This document shows positions 12,201 to 21,113 of a stretch of 64,000 bases of DNA, one piece after another. The notes under the pieces are model-generated. The model saw only the letters and a list, made by a program, of their open reading frames with translations. It did no database searches and was not told the origin of the DNA. Each line of letters begins with the position of its first letter. Positions within the stretch are counted from its first letter, which is position 1. Location: NCBI GenBank assembly GCA_030141605.1, contig JAQGDQ010000249.1:246510-310509 (forward strand), given 5' to 3'. The DNA is from Tubiluchus corallicola. Lineage: Eukaryota; Animalia; Priapulida. Made by a program: the position numbers and the translations under genes.

Positions 12201-13772
12201 TACCGTACATTACCAATCATTGTTAAACGCTCACCGTACATTACCAATTATTATTAAATGCTCGCCGGACATTACCAATCATTATTAAACACTTACCGTG
12301 CATTAAAAATCATTATTAAACGCTTACCGTGCATTACCAATCATTATTAAACGCTTACCGTACATTACCAATCATTACTAAACGCTTACCATAGACAGAG
12401 CTTTACAGCATATGTGCGCATCAGCCGCAGGAAGACACTCGTGGTCCACGCAGACGCCGCAGCTGTCGCACAGTAGTCCATGGACTACGTGACATTCACA
12501 GACGCTGCAGTAGAATGGTCGAGTGAACGTGTCAGTGGCACACCATCTGTGTCCTACAGTAGAAAGAATTTGCTGTTAAAACTGCTAAATTGCGCATGGC
12601 ATCCAACAAAACGTACAGTCAACCTCGGATATAAGGGACGCCTCAGGAATGGAAAAAATCGTCCCTTGTCAGATTGAAGGTGTATCTAGACCTGTACTTT
12701 TACCCATATTTTTATGGATTATTGCTACACATTCAGTGCAAGTGATATGTAGGAAGCTTCTTCAGTGATGCGAGATGTATGTGACCGCGGAAACCGAGGC
12801 CAAGTTTACGAAAAATTAAGGTTAAAAATTGATCAATTTTGCTTTGATCATAGGGTCGCTTATATGTGAGGTAATTTACCTGAAGATATCGTCCCTTATA
12901 ACCGCAAGTCCCTTATATCTAAGTACCTTATATACGAAGATTATATGCAGTCAACCTCGGGTATAAGGTACTCGCCTAAAAGGGACCACCAACACCGGTC
13001 TCGATTTTTCGTAACACTTTTTATAACAAAATCGAGACCGGTGTCGGTGGTCCCTTGTGTCCCTTACAAGTGAGTACCTTACACCCGAGGTTGACAGTAT
13101 ATGCGGGGTCGATTTTAAGCCAATTTGACAGTTTTCTTCAAACTGGGCCTCGTGCAAGGTGAAATCAAATCAGGCTACTCAACTGGATGTTTATAGCAAA
13201 CTTGAACTTGATTCATACCTGCGACATTCTTAACAATCTAATGTAGATAAGAAAGAGCAGTGGTCTTAATGTGGATCCTTGTGGCATACCCTAATGTAGA
13301 TAAGAAAGAGAAGTGGTCTTAGTGTGGATCCTTGTGGCATACCCTAATGTAGATAAGAAAGAGCAGTGGTCTTAGTGTGGATCCTTGTGGCATACCCTAA
13401 TGTAGATAAGAAAAAGAAGTGGTCTTAGTGTGGATCCTTGTGGCATACCCTAATGTAGATAAGAAAGAGCAGTGGTCCTAGTGTGCATCCCTGTGGCACA
13501 CCATAGGTATATTCTGTATATAAAATGCGCGTGTCGACTCATGCAGACCTCAATGGTAAACTCTACTGCAACGACAAAAACCCACCTTTCGTGATGTCAC
13601 GCACCGGAATTTCGTAGTGCCGCTTCCTCTTTCGTAAAACCGTGATGACGAAAATGCTTCCGAAAAACACGGCGGCAACGTACAGGGTGATCTGCCGAGG
13701 TGGAAGAGTTCCCCAAAGCATGGAGTTGCCCTCGGCAGCACTCGATGGCTTTTCTACGACGGCATCTGCCAT
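287..13772 (-). CDS. DGKE: Diacylglycerol kinase epsilon, 9 coding exons (about 423 aa visible; 3' exons lie beyond the left edge)
   Basis: Exons 13586-13772 (MADAVV..TM helix..RDITK), 12390-12553 ([19 protein letters not shown]1A), 9910-10098 ([10 protein letters not shown]1B), 8337-8537 (..[22 protein letters not shown]), 6801-6944 ([14 protein letters not shown]), 5610-5752 ([17 protein letters not shown]), 3310-3364 (WKVTIRHS..), 1590-1703 ([18 protein letters not shown]), 287-358 ([16 protein letters not shown]). All introns are GT-AG with matching phases. An N-terminal TM, two C1 domains and a catalytic domain is the epsilon-type architecture. Confidence 0.95.
362..935. repeat. 19-bp minisatellite (about 30 copies) abutting the DGKE acceptor at 359-361
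   Basis: Unit GAAAACA(C/A)AGGTAACCAAT; explains the spurious ORFs at 240-979. Confidence 0.95.
1732..1991. repeat. Short local tandem duplication with an (AGT)n expansion
   Basis: AGCATCGACATTAAGG..ACGTCAACTTACAACAA occurs three times, separated by AGTAGT tracts. Confidence 0.85.
2002..2165 (+). mobile_element. Dispersed repeat terminus starting TTAAA(A)GG (possibly a Kolobok-like MITE end)
   Basis: Related sequence (GATGATTTTTC..ATAATTAAA..TTAATTAACGG) recurs at about 7185-7342 (reverse), 28279-28410, 61707-61868 (reverse) and 62709-62871. The superfamily is inferred only from the TTAA|AGG terminus. Confidence 0.55.
2662..3169. mobile_element. hAT-type MITE, copy 1
   Basis: TIRs CAGGGATGAGAAT/ATTCTCATCCCTG; flanks CTACATTA/CTACATTG (8-bp TSD with 1 mismatch); second copy at 14533-15006. 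Confidence 0.85.
3900..5410. repeat. 83-85-bp minisatellite (about 18 copies) in DGKE intron 6
   Basis: Unit AAGAATTCCTCCTTGTAGCACACAATACAACAGCGCCACCTGTACCCATGACAGTAGGGGGAGCCCAGCATGACAGAACAGGCCT; the ORF track recurs every 83 or 85 nt. Confidence 0.95.
5963..6212. repeat. About 73-bp tandem repeat (about 3.4 copies)
   Basis: AAAGATTCCCGC..TTATCAAGAGTATGGTATCAGTTTTACTGACATTAATCTGCAATGATTCTCACC repeated. Confidence 0.9.
6238..6819. repeat. 69-bp minisatellite (about 8 copies) containing the DGKE exon 5 tail and donor
   Basis: Minus-strand unit TGATAAGTTAAAACTTGAG|GTACGTTTACTTTGATTAGTGCAG...; the first unit overlaps the real exon end at 6801. Confidence 0.9.
7434..8383. repeat. 53-bp minisatellite (about 18 copies) made of the last 45 nt of DGKE exon 4 plus the donor
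   Basis: Minus-strand unit GAACACTTAATACAGTTCTTTAAAGGCATTTTGAATCCCGCACAG|GTACGTGC encodes [15 protein letters not shown] followed by a 5' splice site. Confidence 0.95.
8573..8725 (+). repeat. Dispersed repeat (second copy at about 13925-14088)
   Basis: Shared ATAGCAAAA..CCATAAGTCG..TTTCTAGTTAT..GAGGATCATTTTGATAC..CTGAGATAATCCAC. Confidence 0.7.
9335..9741. mobile_element. MITE-like element with imperfect TIRs (related partial copy at about 41140-41335)
   Basis: GGTCAAAGGTTAAGTGTACCACAGCAACGCGT ... ACGCGTTGTCTGGTACAATTAACCTTTGACC; internal duplication of about 105 bp. Confidence 0.7.
10670..11160. repeat. Degenerate 7/21-bp satellite (CACGCATTACGGATCACAGAT)n
   Basis: Directly visible; source of the ORFs at 10627-11220. 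Confidence 0.9.
11836..12390. repeat. 31-bp minisatellite starting at the DGKE exon 2 donor, interrupted by a poly-T tract (12075-12172)
   Basis: Minus-strand unit GTAAGCGTTTAATAATGATTGGTAATGTACG; the first GTAAGC is the real donor at 12389. Confidence 0.9.
12614..13099. mobile_element. Two adjacent Tc1/mariner (pogo/Tigger-like) MITEs; 12948-13099 is a near-perfect hairpin of about 150 bp
   Basis: TA|CAGTCAACCTCGG termini; CAGTCAACCTCGGGTATAAGGTACTC ... GAGTACCTTACACCCGAGGTTGACAG|TA with an internal inverted CACCGGTCTCGATTTT/AAAATCGAGACCGGTG. Confidence 0.7.
13238..13506 (-). repeat. 53-bp tandem repeat (5 copies) derived from a non-LTR retrotransposon RT motif
   Basis: The minus strand of the outermost unit reads [18 protein letters not shown], the LINE RT PQG motif; other units read [16 protein letters not shown]. 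Confidence 0.85.
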
Positions 13773-14532
13773 GGCAAACTATTCATTCTCATAAAGTCAT
13801 TGGTAAAGTTTTTAAGCCATTCTGCCGCTGGGACAATTTGTCACCATTATGCTTATGCTATGAAAATAAAAAACCATGTTTTAAACAAGGAAAGCAACAA
13901 CTGTAAAAATACATGTGTGCTCACATAGCAAAAACGACCATAAGTCGGCAATTAAGTTTTTCTAGTTATCCACATATCCTAAATCTCCATTTCAATCATT
14001 TTGAGGATCATTTTGATACAACTTCATCGCTCTACGTTATTTCTAAACTGAGATAATCCACACTGAATTTGAGTGTGCTGGCACACTGCATGATAGAGTA
14101 ACTACTGTTATAGCAGGTTCGATTAATTTCAATATTTAATTTGTTTATTGTGTAACTTCTCTGAATCAATTTCAAGTTTGCAAAGTCTAGAATATTTATA
14201 TTTTGAAGTCTGGTCTCGATTATTAATTTCCTCATGCAGTCATCCAGGTAATTCTTTGTGCTTTAAATACCTGCCTAATTATTTTAACTCTGATCACTGA
14301 AAATTGCTCTGTAATTTTTTAATGACTCCATTATACATTTGCCTGCTTATGCACGACTATAACACACAACTTACAATCTTCTTTGCAACGTAATTTTTGG
14401 ATTCCAGTTGCTTTTTTCCGCTTGATCCGCTTTTTGTTACGTAAATTATAATTTCTGTATGCCTCCTGTGCATGAAAATAAACGCTTAATTTAATATACT
14501 TCAATATGCAAATATATAGATACACCTGATTC

Positions 14533-15006
14533 CAGGGATGAAAATGACAAATTGCAAAAAATTCTGAGACAGGCCGGCGGTTTTAGGGCCACGTAGGCCC
14601 CCAATGGGGTTCAAGGGAGCCCCCTTGGAGCCAGCAACAAATTGCAATTTTGTGACCATAGACTCTAAGTGGACTTAAAATATCAATTCCTTGTTTCAAG
14701 CATAATTTAAAATACCCCACTATCAAGGATACATGAAGTACTGGCCGCTCCTATGCAAAAGTATATAAAAACTGTCTGCAATTGACTAAAATAACTCCCC
14801 ACAATTGATTCTATATTTTTATACATAGAGATATACACATGGTTACACTGATGTAAACAAAGTGACGGCCTGCCAACTAGCGGTCAGCTGGTAAAATAAT
14901 GTACTGGGTCCGTAAAAATTTTCTCAACGAATTTACGCGATTTACAAAAATGGCACTACTGGTCTTCCAAAAACTCGAAATTCTGGCTAGAAAATTCTCA
15001 TCCCTG
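14533..15006. mobile_element. hAT-type MITE, copy 2
   Basis: Colinear with 2662-3169; CAGGGATG...CATCCCTG ends; TGATTC on both flanks. Confidence 0.85.
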
Positions 15007-15049
15007 TGATTCTCAGTTCTATTATTTACATGATAATTTATTTTTGATT

Positions 15050-16690
15050 GTCTAAGAATTGTGCTTGTATCATGATGTATATTTCAGTTGCCATTGTTCT
15101 TATGTTTCCGTTGTCAGATTTTTATTTTCAGTTCTTGTTTGATTCTTTATTGAACACTTTTTATTACTGCATATGAATTGTATTAATATGTTATATATAA
15201 CGCGTTATAAACAAATCAATTTAATGCCATTTGTAAGAATTAAATCCTAACTACAAGCAGTACTAACACTAATAAACTGTAGCACAGCGCTCATAAAAAT
15301 GTTCATCACTAACCAAAGGCCAGCTGACTAGATGACCAATTGGTCTTTCGCTGCTCTTTCTTCGCAATTTTTTCTTCAAATTATTATTTATATTATAAGA
15401 ATGTGTGGATTGGAAGATAAATAAAAAAGATTATAAGATAATAAGTATAAAAGTACAATATATTTTGCTTTTGTTTTTCTAAATTTATGGTACATTCCAC
15501 TTTGAAGCATCATAATTCATGACATAGTTTTAACTATGCTGAATTATGGACGGTACACACGTTTCCAATAATTTTGTTGCTTTTGTGTGATATAATTTTT
15601 GCCCTAAGTTGAATCGTGTTTTGATTTGCTTGTGATAATTTCTTTTGTTTTCAGCTGAATTGCGTTTGTTTTATAAAATTTTCGCTTTGAGTTTCATTTT
15701 GTTTGATACAATTTTTTGCTATAAGTTAAATTCCGTTCTGCATTGCTTGTGAAAACTTACTTTTATTCTGAGTGGAATTGCATTTCTGCGTTGAGTTGAT
15801 TTTTGTTGCTTTTGCCTTTTATATATACACAAACACCTAATAAATGTCATGAGCTTGTGAGTAAACTTGTATTTTTAATAAGGGGCAGCTGACCAAGTGA
15901 CCAATAGGTCTTTCGCTGTTCCTTCTCAGCTGCAATGAAATGTAAAAATAACTATGACGAATTTTAACTGCATTGAGAAAATAAAATTGAATAAACGGTT
16001 GTATTCTCAGCAATCCTACCAAGTTTAATTTAGACGTGTACCACACAGCTCAAGGTCCAAGCAGCAAAACCGCACACTGATTCCTCCTGTAGGCAAATAT
16101 TCAAAACTCACACTTAATTTTAACGGTTTACAAACAAACTGATTCAAATATAGTACTAGCTTAACCAATTTTTACACTGAACGTAAAACAGTTCTTTTGT
16201 GTGCTTTAACTATCTGGTTATTTATTTTACCTCAGATCATCAAAAATCGCTCTGTATTTTTTTACAATTATTATAATATATTATGACTCCATTATACATT
16301 CGCTTGCTCATGTCTAAGAATTATGCTTGTGTTATAAAGTAAATTTCAGTTGCCATTGTTATTATGTTTCTGTTGTCAGATTTTTATTTCAGTTCAGTTT
16401 TATTTCAGTTTGATTTTTTTTATTATGCACTTATCATTACTGTGTATGAATTGTACTAACACGTTATAAGCATGTCAATTTAATGTCATTCGTAACAATT
16501 TAGTTTTTATTATAAGCAGTACAAACACTAATACACTGTAGCATAGCGCCTATAAAAATGTTCATCACTAACCAAAGGGCAGCTGACTAGATGACCAATT
16601 GGTCTTTCTCTGCCCTTTTTTCACATTTTTGTTACTGAATTAATTGTATTATAACTGTGTGTGTGTTACAAGATAAATAAGATTATTATT
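15050..16690 (+). repeat. Diverged local duplication (15050-15425 versus 16312-16690) ending in a LINE-3'-like tail
   Basis: Colinear GTCTAAGAATT..ATTTCAGTTGCCATTGTT..CAGCTGACTAGATGACCAATTGGTCTTTC..AAGATAAATAA; partial third copy near 15880-15925. Confidence 0.7.
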
Positions 16691-17206
16691 ATTAGTTCTT
16701 AAAAATTTAAATTATATTAAACCAACATTATTAACGTCAATTTTGTAGCATTAAAACCACGGTGAGTGCTCACAGAATGTTTACTTCTCCGTTGCTTAAA
16801 ACACGATTCACTGACTGGTTAAAAACTTAAATATTATCTTCATGCTTAAACGTCTACAAGCATCTAAACATAAAACCGTCGTATACTACAACCTAATACT
16901 CACGATAAAGCACAGTACTACAATGTAATTAAACCGTTTTAATCAAATCTTTATGCTGAAGTATGGATCTATGTTCTGATCAGACAGTGGAAATTCATGA
17001 TAATTTGAAAAGCAACATAATTTACCTGATGATCATGGCTCTCTCTCAAACACAGAAACGAAGATTAAAGTGCCATTAAAAAGTAGTCAATAAGTAAATT
17101 AAGTCAATATCCTATGCAGGCAATGGAAGCTACAGAGTGCTGCATCCCAACACATGTGAATTAAATGGAAAAGAATGTTGCAAAATGATTGAGTGCTCGT
17201 TATCTA

Positions 17207-18880
17207 TGTGATGATTGGTTATACCACCCATCATTGTCGCAACACCTATTTTGATATATCTTTCCTATGAGGTTGTGTGTGCATAATTAATGATCTAATT
17301 ACCTGATTGATTTATTGCACTGTTTATTTAAACTTATATTACATTGTGTGTTTTTGTAAGATCTTGACACTAGATGGCTCTGGCCGCTTATTTCTCTGCT
17401 TACCTGTAATTAGGTTACCTGAAAATTCGAATACCAAATGGCTTCAACCTGTTTTGGGATCTTACTACCGAGTTCGTGTTTTACACTAGTTATGTTCTGA
17501 CTGTCGAAGTTACAGGGTGGTGGAGTTTTGCTGGTTAGTCCACATTCTGAGGTAATTTTATATGGCTGAACACCAAGTTTGGTGTGAACCTGTCTTTGTT
17601 GGCACTCGTATGCAGTGAGATGATTTATCACAAAGACAATGGTTTTGGCTACTTTTGTTTATTCGTTGTTTGCTGTGATGACACTGTCTTGATATTCCAA
17701 GAAGCAAGGGTTTGGTAACCATATTTCTACCTGCAGAATAGGACTCAAATTCTCGTTGAATAGTAGTGGAAAACCAGTCGAGGACCAGTTCTACCTGGAC
17801 CAATGGTCTGTCTGTTTGTCTGAACTGAAGGTTCTGTTTGTCACCCTGCAAAAGGACGATACCTGGCTTTATTACTGGGAGTCTGAGGCAACGAGGCAAG
17901 AGTTCAATCCCGAGGCAACCAGGTACGAGTTCAACCGCTGGATTTCCGGAGTAGTTTTAAAGCGTGGTCCATGCAGAGGCTGGATTGGTGACCATTGGCA
18001 AAGAGTTGCTGGCGAGGACGTGGCTGACTACTGGAGATGAAAAGCTGGTGTGGTATGGTTGGAGACTCAAGAGCGTGGTTGATAGATCCAAAAGCCTGAT
18101 GAGAGACAGAAGCGTAGCCGGCCAACGTTACTTTTGGGAGAATTAGGTATTGTTCGAAATTGTTATCAGTTCAATTTTGCTATCATCGTTTTACTGATTA
18201 AATTCTAAATCTAAATATTAGCTTTTAGTTCCGTTTTCGTTCTGATTAAATAATTTGCACGTGCACACAAGTGTTTCACCAGTGACACGGATTCACGTAG
18301 CCTACACAAATAAATGATTATCCTGTAGATTTAGCACAGGGGTGTGCAAATTGCGGCCCGCGGGCCACTAATGAAAATGCGGCCCAGGCGATTAATTGAG
18401 TGTATCCAGCTGAAGTCCGTGCCACGATCCCAAAGATAGTGCGGGTAGTTTTTTCTACTAGATCGGATGCCATTAACCCTTACAAGACGGTTGTAGCTTA
18501 ATGTCACTGTACTACACAGACTGTGTGATGCACATTACTAATATGCATTGTAATGAAATTACCACAATCTGTCCTGAAAGTAGAAATATATAGTTTGTAA
18601 TATAAATTTTAATAACTTCTAAAATAGTTTCTTGAATGCAGTAGTAATGATGTACGCAGGTCGGATGCAAAAAAATCGTTATTAGGCCTTTCTGTACTTG
18701 GCTCCTTGATCAAACTGCTTGTGGCCCACAGGAATTGCGGGAAAGTTTCATGTGGCCCAGCTAGTCAGATAATTTGCACACCCCTGATTTAGCATATAAA
18801 AGTGACGGAAACGCTCGAGAACCTTGAACACAGTACTCTGATTTCTTAACGTCCTGACTTAATTATTACACGGCGTCACA
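17207..18880 (+). repeat. Left LTR (1674 bp including a nested MITE), in opposite orientation to the internal domain
   Basis: TGTGATGATTGG...GGCGTCACA. It is the reverse complement of 24483-25613 apart from about 9 substitutions seen by eye, an extra 85 bp (17620-17704) and the 450+8-bp MITE; 1131+85+458=1674. Confidence 0.95.
18337..18786. mobile_element. hAT (Charlie-like) MITE nested in the left LTR
   Basis: TIR CAGGGGTGTGCAAATT/AATTTGCACACCCCTG; perfect 8-bp TSD ATTTAGCA; the empty site is present in the right LTR at about 24569-24576. Confidence 0.95.
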
Positions 18881-18890
18881 ATTTATAGCA

Positions 18891-18903
18891 TCTCTCTCCT
18901 TTT
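18891..18903 (-). other. Polypurine tract (AAAAGGAGAGAGA)
   Basis: Purine run downstream of RNase H, 10 nt from the left LTR. Confidence 0.75.
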
Positions 18904-19165
18904 AAAACTCTGAAGGAGTTTTCACAACATAGCGACACCTATATTGAAACGATTGAAGAAAATAAAAGCTAAACAATCATTTGCTAACTAAATGGGCTAT
19001 CTTAATTACTCTGAGAAGCAACTTCAATCAATACTGATACAAAATAAATCTACAAATAACGCAATAAACGACTTTACTTCTGCCATTTCACTTTTAAAGG
19101 CTTTATATTGTTTAATTGGAAAAAAAACAATTTCTTCGTATAAAACTATCAAAATTAGGCAAAAT

Positions 19166-21113
19166 TTATAGGCGTGAAAGTGCATCCGCCACAACATTCA
19201 TTCGTCCCGGAATATTCTCCACCGTGTAAGAGTATTCCTGAAAAATGAGCGACCAGTGACACAACCGGCGGTTATTACGCTTAATGCGAGGAAGGGCCAA
19301 CAAGCTGCGCTGGTCAGTTCGGATAGTAAAATGCCGCCCTTCCAGAAAGTATCTCAAGTTCTCCACACAGTATACAACTGCTAAACACTCCACTTCTACC
19401 ACACTGTAATTACGCTCAGTAACAGTTAATTTTCTGCTGAGGTATGTTATAGGTACTTCACCATGTTCACTTTGTTCTTGGGATAGTACCCCACCTACAC
19501 CACTCAAAGATGCATCAGTAGTCAGTATAAAAGGCTTCATGAAATCTGGAGAGTGCAATACAGTGTCGGAGCCAACGCAGCCTTGCAATTCCACAAAACT
19601 CCGCTCGCAGGCTTCTGTCCACTCAACTTTGGTTGGAGCGCTTTTCTCAAGTAGCTCAAAAAGAGGAGCAGCCTTGCTACTGAACGTAGGAATGAACCTA
19701 CAGTAGAAGCCAACAAGACCCAAGTAGGCCCGTACTTGTTTCTTGTTTTGTGGACGTGGGAAGTTGTGTATGCATAGAATCTTGTTGGGTTGTGGCCACA
19801 AACGATTTTTGCAAATAACATAGCCAAGGAATTCAGTTTCTAGCATTGCAAAGCTGCATTTCTTTGGCTTTAGAGTCAGGCCAGCTTGCCTGATGCAAAA
19901 CAGTGTCAAACGCACATGATTTAGATGTTCGGGCCAAGACGTGGACTTAATTACAATGTCATCGATGTATCCTCTGGCAAAACGGGCCACAGTTTCAAGG
20001 ACACGATCTACTATGCTTTGGCAGGTAGATGCCGAATTCATCAGTCCAAACGGCATTACTATGAATTCAAATTTGCCAAAGTCAGTGGCAAATGCAGAGA
20101 TTGGCTGTGATTCAGGTGTGAGCATTATTTGCCAATAAGCTTTGGAGAGGTCCAGAGATCCAGAGTGCACTGTGCATCTCATGAACAATGTCGTCGACTC
20201 TTGGCATCGGGTATGGAAGAAAAGCTGTCTGAAGATTTAACTTGCGATAATCGACGCAAAATCTGACGGTGCCATCTCGTTTAGGGACTAAGACTGTTGG
20301 CGCTGACCAAACTGACTCAGAGCGCCTGATTACCCCTAACTTTTGAATGTCCTCCACTTCCTTCTTACCAGCTCCTTGCGTGCTTGTGGGAGTCTGTAGG
20401 GCCGCTGTTGGACTGGTGTCTGGTCAGTAAGAGAGATGTGATGTTCTACCACAGATGTGCGTCCCGGTAAATCGGTGAACATCTCCTTGAATTCTTGAAG
20501 TACTGACATCAGCTGCTCAGATTGGTCTTTGGTCAGAAAAGAGGGTAATATAACATCTTCTAGGGACTGAATTTCCTCAGCCAATGGCGGGAAGGCGTAT
20601 TCAGGAAAGCCGATTTCTTCGTCTAGCTCATCTTGGCCTACTTGCTCTTCAGCTAACTCAGGCACCTTAGTGAGATCGTTTTCTTCACGTTTAGAGAACA
20701 GAATAAGATTGTCATCTCTTTCTACAAATGGTTTGGGCATATTGATGTGATAGATGCGAACATTGCGTCTATTGCTTTTGTTTCCAATATTCACCTTATA
20801 TGTCAAGTCGGACACCTTGTCTACAACCTCGAATGGTCCTTTGAAGCACTTCTGCATCTTTCCATGCCCTTCATGCATCAACACGAGCACTTTGTCCAAT
20901 TTCCAACGACCTATCTGACGACATACGATCGTACCATCGTTTTTGGGCAATCTTTGCTTGACGAAGGGACTGATGTGCATCTTCAGTAGCACTTTCTACT
21001 GTGTTGATGATTCTCGTAACACATTCATCAATATTTTCTAATTTAGGAGAGTCTTGGCAGCCCCAATGTTCTTTCAAAGCAGCCAAGGGGCCCCGCACAG
21101 GGAAGCCATACAC
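19166..21113 (-). pseudogene. pol: Disrupted pol 3' half: integrase C-terminus/linker, reverse transcriptase, RNase H
   Basis: VPKRDGTVRFCVDYRKLN, LDLSKAYWQI, MPFGL, YIDD, TTDAS, RNYSVVEVECLAVV, NVVADALSR; split across ORFs 20871-21113, 20336-20992, 20112-20357 and 19166-20188 by frameshifts and stops. Confidence 0.92.

Noticed and set aside
17307-18146. Short ORFs duplicated at 24759-25410
   Set aside because: Chance ORFs inside the two LTR copies; no recognisable domain.
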